In this document: piece after piece, positions 1 to 11,177 of the stretch
Position numbering within the stretch: the stretch's first letter is position 1
How the letters are laid out: each line of letters begins with the position of its first letter
NCBI GenBank assembly: GCA_036172245.1
Contig: JAYWIR010000091.1
Location: forward strand, 248,001-273,839
Reading direction: 5' to 3'
DNA: 25,839 nucleotides
Origin: Raillietiella orientalis
Lineage: Eukaryota
The notes under the pieces: model-generated
What the model saw: the letters and a program-made list of their open reading frames with translations, nothing else
Told to the model about the DNA's origin: nothing
The model's database searches: none
Made by a program: the position numbers and the translations under genes

Positions 1-3000
1 TGCTACTTGAAGAACGGCAAAGGTGCAACGATGAAAGAAGATGTATTGGAATTGATAACAAAACCCCCGAAAGGTGCCAAATAAGATCACAAAATTGATC
101 ACATCGAAGGAAAGAGTTCCCTTTCTAATTCCGACACTGGTAACCATGAAAACCACAGAATCCAAAGTGCCGAACCCTAATGAAATGTCAGACGTTTTAT
201 AAACAACCTTTGAACCCAGGAAATTGTATGGTTGTGCGGCGACCCATGACGGTACTTTTCCTCTCACTGCAAATGAATGCTCATTGAAGAAGGGCAAAAG
301 ACCAAAGGTGAAAGAAGTTGTACTGGAATCGATTACAAAACCCTCAAAACTTGGAAATTTCACCAGAAAACGAATCAGATCAAAGAAAAAAATTCAGTTT
401 CTAATTCCTAGGCTGGTTACCATGAAAACAACACAGACTGCAAAATGCCCAGCCCTAATGAAATGTCCGAGTCTTCTTAAACATCCTCTCAAACCAGGAA
501 ATTGTAAGGTTGTGCGGTGATCTATGACGGTACTTTGCCTCTCACTGTAAATGGATGTCAGTTGAAGAAGGGCAAAAGAGCGATGGTGAAAGAAGATGTA
601 TTGGAATTGATTACAAAACCCCCAAAAGTTGCAAATTATCTCCACATAATGAATCACATCGAAAAAAATAATTCCTTTTCTAATTCCGACACTAGTAACC
701 ATGAAAACAACACAGACTGAAAAAGTTCCCCGCCCCAAAGAAATGTCGGAATCTTCTGAAATATGCTGTGCAACCAGGAAATTGTAAGGTTGTGCGGTGA
801 TCCATGACGGTACGTTGCCTGTGACAGCAAACTGATCCTCCTTGAAAAAGCGCAAAAGTGCACTCATGGAATCTGCTCATTTCGAATTAAATGAAAACAA
901 GCAGAAGATGTAAATTAGGACCACAAAATGAATCACATCGAAGGAAAGAATTCCCTTTTTAATTCCAACACCGGTAACCATGAAAACAACACGGACTGCA
1001 AAGTGCCCAACCCTAATGAAATGTCGGACACATTTTAAACATCCTTTGAAACCAGGAAATTGTAAGGATGTGCGTTTATCCATGACGCTATTATGCCTCT
1101 CGATGAAAGAGGTTGCTACTTGAAGAAGGGCATAGGTGGAGTGTTAAAATCTGCTCATTACGCATTGATGATAAACCATCAGAAGATGCAAATTTGGAAC
1201 ATATAATGAATCAGATCGAAGGAAAAGATTCTCTTTGTAATTCGGACCTTGGTTACCATGAAAAGAACATAGACTGCAAAGTGTCCCGCCCCAATGAAAT
1301 GTTGGACTCTTACTAGATAACCTGTGGAGCCCGGAAATTGCGAGGTTGTGCGGTGATCCATGACAATACTTTGCCTATCGCTGCAAAGGGATGCTACTTG
1401 AAGAAGTGCTAAGGTGCAATGGTGAAATCTTCTCATTTCGAATTGATTAAATTCCATCAGAAGATGTAAATTCGGATCACATAATAAATCAGATCGAAGG
1501 AAAAAATCCTCTTTGTAATTGCGACCCTGGTTACCATGAAAACAACGAAGACTGCAACGTTGCCCGCCTCAATGAAATGTCGGAATCTTCTTAAATATCC
1601 TGTGCAACCAGGAAATTGTAAGCTTGTGCGGTGATCCATGACGGTACCTTGCCTGTGACAGCAAATGGATTTTGCTTGAAGAAGCGCAAAAGTGCACTGA
1701 TGGAATCTGCTCATTTCGAATAAAATGAAAACAAGCAGAAGATGTAAATTAGGACCACAAAATGAATCACATCGAAGGAAAGAATTCCCTTTCTAATTCC
1801 GACACTGGTAACCATGAAAACAACAGACTCCAAAGTGCCTAACCCTAATGAAATGCCGGACTCTCCTTAAACATCCTTTGAAACCAGGAAATTGTAAGGT
1901 TGTGCGGTGATCAACGACGGCACTTTGCTTCTCACTGCAAATGGATGCTGCTTGAAGAAGGCAAAAAGAGCAATGGTGAAAGAAGATGTATTGGAATTGA
2001 ATACAAACCCCCTAAAGTTAGCAAATTCGGACCAAATAATGAATCACATCGAAGGAAAGAATTCCTTTTCTAATTCCGACACTGGTAACCATGACAACAA
2101 CACAGACAGCAAAGTTCACCGCCCCAATGAAATGTCGGAATCTTCTTAAATATCTTGTGCAACCAGGAAATTGCAAGGTTCTGCGGTGATCCATGACGGT
2201 ACGTTGCCTGTGACAGCAAATGGATCCTCCTTGAAGAAGCGCAGAAGTGCACTGATGGAATCTGCTGATTTCGAATAAAATGAAAACAAGCAGAAGATGT
2301 AAATTAGGACTACAAAATGAATCACATCAAAGGAAGGAGTTCCCTTTCTAATTCCGACACTGGTAACCATGAAAACAACAGACTGCAAAGTGCCTAACCC
2401 TAATTAAATTTCGCACTCTCCTTACACATCCTCTTAATCCAGGAAATTGAAAGGTTGTGCGGTGAAACATGACGGTACTATGCCTCTCACTGCAGATGGT
2501 TCCTCCTTGAACAAGGGCAAAGGTGCAATGGTGAAAGAAGATGAGTTGGAATTGATTACAAACCCTCAAATGTTGCAAATTTGGATTACATAATAAAATC
2601 GATCGAAGGAAATAATTTTCTTTACAATTCTGATACTGGTTACCATGAAAACCATACAGACTGCAAAGTGCGCCGCCCTAATCGAATGTCGGACACTTCT
2701 TAAACATCCTCTGAAACCAGAAAATTATTAGGTTGTGCGGTCATCCATGACGGTACATTGCCTCTCATTAAAAATGGATGCTACTTGAAGAAGGGCAAAG
2801 GTGCAATGCTGAAAGTAGATGAGTTGGAATTGATTACAAACCCACAAAAGTTGTAAATTTGGATCGCGTAATGAATCCGATTCAAGGAAAAAATTCTCTC
2901 TCCAATTCCGATACTGGTTACCATGAAAACTACACAGGCTGTAAAGTGCTCCGCCCTAGTGAAATGTGGGACTCTTCTTAGATATCATGTGAAAGCAGGA

Positions 3001-4146
3001 AATTATAAGGTTCTGCGGTTATCCGTGACGGTACTTTGCTTCTCACTGCAAATGGATACTCTTTGAAGAAGGGGAAAGGTGCAATGGTGAAATCGGCTCA
3101 TTTCGAATTGATTACAAACCATCAGGAGATGTGAATTTGGACCACAAAATGAATCACATCGATGGAAAGAATTCCGTTTCTAATTCCGACACTGGCAACC
3201 CTGAAAATAACACGCGCTGCAAAGTGATCAACCCTAATGAAATGTCGGACACTTCTTAGACCTGTGAAACCAGGAAATTTTAAGGTTGTGCGGTGATCCA
3301 TGACTGTACTTTGCTTCTCTCTGCAAATGGATGCTCATTGAAGAAGGGCAAAAGAGCATTGGTGAAAGAATCTGTGTTGGAATATATTTCGAAACCCCCA
3401 AAAGTAGCAAATTTCACAACACAATGAATCAGATGAAAGGAAAAAATTACCTTTTTAAATCCGACTCTGCTTACGATGAAAACAACACAGACTGCAAAGT
3501 GTCCGGTCCTAATCAAATGTCGGACTTTTATAAAACATCCTCTGAACCCTGGAATTTGCAAGCTTTTGCTTTGATCCATTACGGTGCTTTGCTTCTGACT
3601 GCAAATGGATGCTCCTTGAAGAAAGGCAAAAGAGCAATGGTGAAAGAAGATGTATTAGAATTGATTACGAAACCACCAAAATTTGCAAATTTGCATCACA
3701 CAATGAATCAGATCAAATGAAAAAATTCCCTTTCTAATTCTAGACTGGTAACCATGAAAACAACACAGATTGCAAAGTTTTCCGCCCTAATGAAATGTCG
3801 AAGTCTTCTTAAACATCCTCTGAAACCAGGAAATTGTAAGGTTGTGCGGTGATCCATGACGGTAGTTTGCCTTTCACAGCAAATGGATGCTCCTTGAATA
3901 AGGGCAATGGTGCAATGGTGAAATCTTATCATTTCAAATTGATTGAAAGCCAACAGATGTAAATTTGGACCCTACAATGAATCACATCGAAGAAAAGAAT
4001 TCTCTTTCTAATTCCGCCACTGGTTAACATGAAAACAACACAGACTACAAAGTGCCCCGCCCTAATGAAATGTCGAAGTCTTCTTAAACATCCTCTGAAA
4101 CCAGGAAATTGGAAGTATGTGCGGCTCCATGTCGTGAATTTGCCCC
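1..4146. repeat. Tandem satellite array, ~278-bp monomer, ~15 copies, AT-rich; runs off the left edge of the window
   Basis: The anchor CCAGGAAATTGTAAGGTTGTGCGGTGATCCATGACGG (with variants) recurs at about 216, 494, 774, 1052, 1330, 1608, 1884, 2163, 2439, 2717, 2995, 3270, 3548, 3826 and 4101 (spacing 275-280 bp). The whole interval between anchors is homologous. The last partial monomer ends at ~4146. Confidence 0.97.
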
Positions 4147-4149
4147 AGG

Positions 4150-5911
4150 ATTACATCAATTGTTTTCAGTGGCTGTCGCGTGTATGGCGTGCCGGTACGA
4201 CGAGGAATTAGGGAGGGTGTTAGCTTATGCCCGCTGCTTTTCAGCATCTATGTTGAATTGGTTGTTTAGGTTTATAGGCTGACGCTAGCCAACCTGCCGA
4301 GCTCCTGTCCAGGTACGCCGGCCGTGGCAGCCTATGCGGACGACCTGCTCCTCCTGTGACCCATGTCCACCTGCGGCGTCGCTTGTAGCTTTCTTGGAGT
4401 TGATCAGTCGCGGTGTGGGCGTGAGCGTCAACAGGAGCAAGAGCATGGTTGTCCCGGTTGGAGCGACGTTGTAGGTGCAGTCCGACTGGATCCGCCTGGG
4501 GATCCCCACGGGTAGGTACCTAAGGTACCTCGGCGTTCCGTTGGGCGATTACTGCATCTCAGAAGCGTGGTCGGACTGCCTTCGGAAGGCAGAGCGTGCA
4601 CTTGGCCCGTTTTCAGGAGGCGAGTTAGTCTTGTAGGAACGGGCCTGCATCTGTAACACCTTCATTGCCCCTATCCTCCGCCCCCGGTTTTTTGTTTGTC
4701 CACCTCCCCAGGAAGTCAAAGTCTGGGCGCAGCGCCTTTCACGCAAAGCGTTGTGGGGTGCTGCAAGATCCCGTGTTAGACTTACAGACTTGGTGGCGCC
4801 GCGTCAGGATGCAGGCTTGCGCATCCTCGACTTAAACAGCATCGAACTGCAAGTGCAGTTTTGCATGCTGCGGCTCTGTGCCAAGCTGTGGTTTACGCTG
4901 TTGTGCATACCCGAACGTCTTATACTGAGGCGCTGCACGGGAAGAGAGGGACTGCTTTCGTTGCTACCCGAATTTCGGCACACCAGAATAGAATTTGGCT
5001 TCCCGATGAGGCAGTTGTCCTTACTGCTGGGTGCCGAAATCTGGATCTTCTGCCGCCCCATGAACATAATTGCATGGCGGCAAGGATCTTTTTCATCGTG
5101 AGCAGCTTCCGAAGTAACGCGCCCGGAAGATCTTCGACGCCTGCGACTCCTCCTCAGTCATCCAATGGACGAAGTTATGCAAGACAAGAAGATGTCGGAT
5201 CGTCTGGCCGCTACACCACTCGCCGCAGCGCTGTCTGCCCTCAGGGTAAGCAACGACGGTTGCCTACCGGCGGAATGGGAGTTCTCCTGCAAAATAGCGG
5301 GAGTCAGTAAGCTCCTCGGCAGCTGGACGACAAAGGAGCTGGTGCATGCCGCCACTCCTCGGAAAAGGGCGAAAGGCCTGCTTCGGTGGAGCGAACATTT
5401 AGGTGTGCCCCACGAGGAGATAGTGGTTCCCCCTGTTTGTTTGGACAGCTCCGTGTTCCCCCTTAAGTGGAAACAAGATTCGCTGCTCTTTTTACATTGT
5501 GCATTACACTGTAATAGGCAGCGAAGCATCGTTTCCGGGGGAGCGGCTTTGCCAATCTGTTCAAGGTGCGGAGAGATCGAGTCTTTTCCGCACCTTTTGC
5601 TGGAGTGCGGTGACCTCCGGGAGCTGTGGCGAAGGCTCTCTTCGGCCATTATGCCACAAGGAGGCACTGCCATTGATGTGCTTCGGCGCTTCTTCAGCAG
5701 AAATGGACTTTCGGTTGGCGCGATTGTCACAACCATGTGTTGTGTTCGCGCCATCCTGAAGGCCCGCTACGCCCTGGAGTTGTCAGCGCAGCGAAGGGAG
5801 GCTCACCTGCTTGCAGCTCACTTCATGCAGAAGGCTTCAAGGTGGTCTCATCTTCGTGACAAGTTGAATGAGGACATCACCGGCATACATCGCCGGTTTA
5901 CACACCTTTGA
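4150..5911 (+). pseudogene. A1 ORF2 remnant: RT C-terminal motifs and zf-RVT-like Cys motif; several stops and frameshifts
   Basis: gcctatgcggacgacctg (AYADDL) at ~4330; YLRYLGVP-like motif at ~4515; ORF 5165-5911 contains CSRCGEIESFPHLLLEC; stop TGA at 5909-5911. Confidence 0.92.
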
Positions 5912-6234
5912 GAACGTCGGATTCCGGTTACCCTTGCGACCACTTGCCCACCCATACCCCGTCCGCGTTCGCTCGGTGAAATTTCCGGTGTCCATGCTTT
6001 TATCCCCGTGTCTTCCAGAGCGATCGCAATGACCCTTATCCCGTCCTCCTTATTCATTGTTTTTATTCTATTTTGGTTTCTTTGTGTTCCCCGCCCCCGC
6101 ACACCGTTCGCAAAACTGTTACTCTTGCCTGCGTGCCAGCAATATTCTCTTCACTCTTGTTCAATCGTCGGTTGGGAGTTTGGTTCCCAACTGGTTTATT
6201 TTGTATAATTGCTTTTTTTGGTTATGTTATATGG

Positions 6235-6260
6235 AAGAAACGCCCCGGCGTGACCGGGTG
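6235..6260 (+). terminator. A1 3' terminus: degenerate poly(A) signal AAGAAA plus hairpin CCCGG-CGTGA-CCGGG
   Basis: Read directly from the sequence; the same architecture occurs at four other element ends. Confidence 0.7.
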
Positions 6261-6273
6261 AGAAATCTCTTGC
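6261..6273 (+). repeat. Left copy of the 13-bp direct repeat AGAAATCTCTTGC flanking A2 (putative TSD)
   Basis: Identical to 17272-17284; the sequences diverge immediately after it (gctcg vs acttg). Confidence 0.8.
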
Positions 6274-6277
6274 GCTC

Positions 6278-6324
6278 GCTCAGTGCTGACGTGTTTTCGC
6301 TTTTCTCCGCGTCCTCGATCGAGC
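6278..6324 (+). promoter_or_regulatory. Putative internal promoter motifs in the A2 5' UTR (TCAGT Inr-like, CTGACGTGTT, CTCGATCGAGC)
   Basis: CTGACGTGTT (6286-6295) and CTCG(A)TCGAGC (6314-6324) are shared with the otherwise diverged 5' end of C. Promoter function is inferred. Confidence 0.4.
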
Positions 6325-6450
6325 ATCTTTGTGCGTGCGTTTTCGCTCACACTTGTGCGTTTTTTGGAAGTGGACGAAGAGGTGTTGTGCAGCATGGCAA
6401 CTTCTGGGTATGGTGTGGAGGAGACAGCAGTTGAATCCAATTGAATAGGA

Positions 6451-7637
6451 ATGGAAGCGGCCGCATCCTCCGTGACGGTTTCCTCGCCTTCGGGGAGGAG
6501 CTACGCCAAAGTCACCTCCCAGGGAGCAGGACTCTGCGATGCGGAGCTGCAGGCTTATGAGGCATCCGTCTTCATGCCCTCACTCCGTTATAAAGTCAGT
6601 GGGCCCCTTAACGGGAGGACCGGGCGTGAGCTGAATGATGAGCTCGTCCGGATTGGCGTTCGGGAGGAAGAGCTCCTTGTCATCATGCCCGCGGGCAGGA
6701 TGAAATACACGAAGATACGATGTAAAAACGCGGCACTTGTGCAGCGAATTCTCCGTACTCCGTTGTCCATCGGTGGCAAGGAAGTCCTGCCTTGCGTGAT
6801 GGACGACTCGTTTGTGGTCCAATTGTGCGACATCGAGACGGAAATCTCCGACAGCGATGTCGTAAGTGTGCTGGCGAAGTTCGCCACCGTGCACGCTCTG
6901 TGGAGAAGCCCAAATCCTCTAAATGATTTCCCCTCTGTCCACATTGGACAAGCCTCTGCGCGGATCACTGTCTCAAACAGGCGTGTTGTGCCCGAGCAGC
7001 TGCGGGTGAACGGCACAGTCGTTCACCTGTGGTTCATAGGACAGACTCGCGCGTGTGAGCAGTGCGGCAAGGAGGGACACCGAATGAAGGAATGTCCCAC
7101 CCCGGAATACCGCTATTGCAAAGAAACCGGGCACGAAATACAAAAGTGCCCGGTCCTTACAAAGAAAAGGGCAGCAGTGGAAGTTCGTCGCGTTCAAGAG
7201 ACCAACGCACGAAAGGCCGCTGCCCCAAGAAAAAGCAGTGTCCGCGGAGTCTTGGCAAATGTGCCAAGCAATACGCTGCAATACAAAAGGCGTCCTCGCC
7301 CGCAACGCCCCAAAAGGGAGAAATCGCGGCGGGGAAGCCAATTAAAAAGGGGCGTGAGGGCTGGAAGCGTGCCGTGCCCTCCCTCATTGCCGTGCCTGGA
7401 AACACCCCTCCAAGCCAGGAACCGGGGAATATCCCGAGAACCTAGGTAAAAAAGTTAGTTGAGCAAGAAGATCGCCATAGAGCGAACCCTTCCAGCTCCA
7501 ACCCGCTATCATTTCCGAAACCGGCAAACCCTCAATCCAACGTAGGGATCTTTGCGGCGGCTACGAAACCCGTAGCAAGCCGCGGCGCTCGGCGCAAAAA
7601 CACGCTGCATGCAGCCGCCCCTTCACCGACTAGGCAA
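6451..7637 (+). pseudogene. A2 ORF1 N-terminal part: gag-like nucleic-acid-binding protein with two CCHC zinc knuckles
   Basis: SYAKV motif; RRM-like region; CEQCGKEGHRMKEC and (Y)RYCKETGHEIQKC knuckles. Frameshift near 7230-7260 and stop at 7443-7445, then reads ...HAAAPSPTRQ into the TSD. An upstream in-frame ATG at 6394 is separated by TGA at 6442. Confidence 0.9.
7622..7637 (+). repeat. Left TSD of element B (TTCACCGACTAGGCAA)
   Basis: Exact 16-bp match to 13131-13146; the flanking bases differ on both sides. Confidence 0.95.
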
Positions 7638-7675
7638 TTTTCCGCAAGTCCCACGAGGGGTGGGGTAAATTTATT
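7638..7675 (-). terminator. B 3' terminus: AATAAA, hairpin CCCAC-CCCTC-GTGGG, then ACTTGCGGAAAA
   Basis: The reverse complement of 7638-7675 reads AATAAATTTACCCCACCCCTCGTGGGACTTGCGGAAAA, directly followed by the TSD. Confidence 0.75.
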
Positions 7676-7779
7676 TTACTAAAATTTTTCTATAAAAACA
7701 TTCACACTACAATCTCATCCATACCATTAGCACTTTTTTTTACCACTATGAAGGCCTTGGGTTCTCACAAGTTCTGCAC

Positions 7780-10700
7780 TCATAGTGGGTTTCCTACTGT
7801 TTGGTCCCGGGCGTCGTCTTCTATCCTCTTCAGGATGAATCGGTACGTCCAGGCTTGGATTTTCCCACAGTTTCTAATGCCGATTTCCCTCTTCAGGAGC
7901 CCTTGTAGGATCTTCATCGGTGGTGCGGCTCTTCTGGCTTTCCTCATTTTCCACCACCGCACAAGTATGGCGGTGATGAAGAGGGCGATGGTCGTCCTCA
8001 CCATGGGATTGTAACAGGGAACATTACCATACCCCTGAAACATCCCGGCGAGGATCTCCATTACGGATCTGTTCGTAAGTCCGATGATCCTTTTCAGGAT
8101 CAGCCAGTCATGCAGCAATGTGAGACACGTCAAGACGTGAAGCCCCGTGTCGATGTCTCCACATGCTGTGCAGTCTCGATCTTCCGGTCACTCCCGTAGC
8201 GATCGGCGGCTTCCTGGAGGGCACTAATATCATTGTGTTCTTCTTGAATTAGTCTTCGGAGGTTTGTTTTGGTTACCCTGGACCACGCAAAGTCGTTGTG
8301 ATTGAACCACACTTCGCGATTCATGTGGGTAAACCTTCCTAACATCATCTCTATATACCTAAGTATACGAGTGTGTTGTAGGTACCCTCCTCGTTTATAC
8401 TCCTGGATTCGTTGAAGGGTAACTCTGGACCGCTGGTGGATCCAGCTTCTCGTGTCCGGCGGGACAGGAAGCATCCAAGGGATCACCAGGATGAAATCGT
8501 CCTGCCAGAGTTCCCTGCTTCTCGGCACGATCTTAATTTTGTGCTTTCGCACCAGCCGTTGCTTCCTCGTCCAGGTTGGGTCGATTTTGTTCCATTCGCC
8601 TGCTCGGCCTAGCAGCGCAGTCATCAGGCTTTTCGAGTTGTTCAACAACAACGCGTAGGCCCTGTGCGCCGCATACGGCCAGTCATCCCAGTGAGTGGCA
8701 ATGTCCAGGATGTGTCGCGTATCCATGATTTCTATGGAGTGTGCAAGCGACTTCATCCCGGAACCGCCTTCTTCCCTGGAACGACACAGGGGTTTTAGTC
8801 GGACTCTTGGGCGATAGTGGCCCCACAGTGTTTTTCTCTGCAGCTTGTCGAAATCCATCGTGGTTTCCTTGTTCATCCTCGCGACGGCCGCCCCGAAGAG
8901 CACTTTAGGAAGGAGAACTCCGTTCCATATGTTGGCCGTTCGCTTCATTCCAAGGTCCGTTCGGGTGTACTTGGCTGCTTCCCTGGCCGTTTTCCCTAGG
9001 ATCTCGGTCCACAATAGCTTCGACGCGGAGACGTCGCCAATGTAGACACCCAGGTACTTGGCCTTGTTCACCGTTCGGAATCCTCTCCCCGCTAGAGTGG
9101 AGAGATCGAGGATCCCAACGGGCAAGAGCTGGCTTTTCTGGGCGTTGTTCATTAGACCGAGGCCTTGATCCATCAGGTGTACCACATCCAGAAACGCTCG
9201 TTGATTTCTCTCTCTCTTGATGAAGAAGAGAAGATCATCAGCGTATGCCAGATGGGTAAGACGCTAGCCATGATTGTTATGCCTTGCAGTCGTCCGCTCT
9301 TCTCGATAAAGGACGACAACGCCTCCATGTAGATGACGAACAGCATCGGACTTGGCGAATCGCCCTGCCGGACTCCCCGTTCCATCCGGATTGCTGCCGT
9401 CTCCTGGCCGTTGATTTTGATTCGGCAGTACTGGTTCTGGAGCACCACCCTCACGAAGTTGCTGAAGTGTTCCGGAAGGCCTAGCTTCTCCAGAACCTTC
9501 AGCAGCATCCCATGGTAGATGTAGTCGAAAGCCTTCTCCATGTCAGTCAACACCAGCGCCAGATTCTCGCCGACGTATCGGCTTAGTCCGACGGTGGCCT
9601 GGGCACACTTGACATTGTCCGACATGTGACGTCCAGGGACTGCACACGTTTAAACCGCAGAGATGAGCCTCGACATGACCTTGTTTAAGCGGTTGGACCA
9701 GATCTTCGCCAACCACTTGGCATCTGAGTTCAGGATCGAGATCGGCCTCCATTGAGCGACCTGCGTGAGGTCGTCTCCTTTTGGCAGCAATCTCATCCTA
9801 CTCTCGTAGAAGGATTTCGGGAGTCTTCCTTCTTCACGGATGCAGAGGGTCAACTGGTGGAACAAACGCAGGTAGGCATGCAAGTACCGCTGATAGTGAG
9901 TGATGGGTACGCTGTCAGGGCCCGCTGCCACGTCCTGGCGTAGTTGACCAAACGCAGTCTTGACCTCTTCTTCGGAGAATTCCTCCTCCATTCTGTTCCG
10001 CTGGAGATCGTCGGTCCTCTTCTCGAGGTAGCTCAGAAAGGCCTGTTGACTAGAGCGACAGAGATGTTGTCGCCTAAGGTGTTTCGTGTAATGCCTTTGA
10101 AAGGCATCCACGATGTCCTCAGACGACTGTCGCTTTTGACCGTCGTACTGGATGCAGAAGATATCTGTTGCCAGATTTCTCTTCTCCAGCACGCCGACTT
10201 CCCCTTTTATGTTCTTGAAGACGTACCGACTCTCGTACTGATCGAAGTACTTTGAGAGTGAGCGATCTTGGATGTTCAGCTCCCGGTACGCCTCTTGCCT
10301 CAAGCACCTATCTCCGAACTGCATGTTTGCGAACAGGTGTATCCTGTGTTTCAGGCTGTCCCAGTCGGCGACTCTACGGATTGTTGTTGCCTTCAGAATC
10401 GTCTCCAGGACAGCCTGATGTCCGGGATGGGTTTCGAACCAGGCGGGCATGCTGATTAGCGCCGCCCTGGTGCCTTGCCTCCGCCAAGGATTCTCCGTTC
10501 TTAGGGAAAACTGCACCAGGGGGTGATCGGACACCGTGGTCATAATGTCTCGAAAACCCTGGATGCGATTCCCAAGTTCGGTGCTGTGCAGGACGTGATC
10601 GATCGGCTTGTGACTTGCAGTTCGCCACACCAGTCCGAACTCGTCGGATAACCGCCGATACGCCGTCCTTCCTCTGGCGTCTTCGGAGTGAGTGATCTCA

Positions 10701-11164
10701 TCCAATATGTTGAGATCGCCAGCAACAATCACGACGTCCTTGGAAGCAACCTTTTCACCAAGTGCTGCATGCAGCGCCTTCGCACAACGATGTTTTAGCC
10801 TGTGCGGCCCGTACACCTTCACCAGGATGAGCTGAACAGTAGCGGACCAGGCGAGTCGCACGCCGATGATTCGTCCGGGTTGGGGACAGAACACTTCCAA
10901 AATAGTGGGAACCAAGTTGTTCTTGATTAGGACCGCCACACCCTGCGTGTTCCGTTCTCCCTCGCTCACGAACATCTGCCCGTTGGATCGCCTTTCCATT
11001 TGCTGACTAATATCGAGACCCATCTTGTGGGTCTCCTGCAGGCACACTATGTCTTGTTGTGCGATGGTCCGCACAATCCTTTTTCTTTTTCCCTAGTCGA
11101 CCATACCGTTTACATTCCAGGAGGCGATGTTCAGCCTCCTGGCGGTCGATAGGGAAGAGGCCAT
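7780..11164 (-). pseudogene. B ORF2: APE endonuclease, reverse transcriptase and C-terminal Cys motif; disrupted
   Basis: MASSLSTARRLNIASWNVNG, CLQETH, AGDLN, IDH, SDH (APE); GPDS, WRPISILNSDAK, DMEKAFD, RQGDSPSP, and LAYADDL in a shifted frame near 9240; KYLGV; CTACGDIDTGLHVLTC near 8125-8172. Stop at 11093 and frameshifts near 9655, 9270, 9185 and 8190. Confidence 0.94.
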
Positions 11165-11177
11165 AAAAGGGGAAGAC

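Larger units (their letters stand above)
4149..6260 (+). mobile_element. Non-LTR retrotransposon copy A1 (L1/Tx1-like), 5'-truncated and degenerate
   Basis: From 4149 the sequence is colinear with A2 from 15630 onward (gattacatc.attgttttcagtggctgtcgcgtgta.ggcgtgccggtacgacgaggaattagg). It contains the RT C-terminal half, the Cys motif, a 3' UTR and the terminal hairpin at 6241-6260. Confidence 0.93.

Noticed and set aside
1..4146. CRISPR array, or a repeat-protein gene suggested by the many similar short ORFs
   Set aside because: There are no unique spacers; the whole monomer repeats. Monomer length (275-280 bp) does not preserve frame and stops are frequent in all frames.
4131..4149. Minus-strand GQIHD as a possible continuation of the D endonuclease
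   Set aside because: The segment aligns with the satellite consensus (tccatgacggtactttgcctc vs tccatgtcgtgaatttgcccc), so it is satellite.
6394..6450. Conserved regulatory uORF before ORF1 (also at 18121-18150 in C)
   Set aside because: The stops lie at non-equivalent positions in decayed copies and cannot be distinguished from nonsense mutations without a consensus.
7420..7450. CGGGGAATATCCCG mini-hairpin and the ORF stop at 7449 as the end of element B
   Set aside because: ORF1-like coding continues to 7637, and the 16-bp TSD fixes the boundary at 7638.
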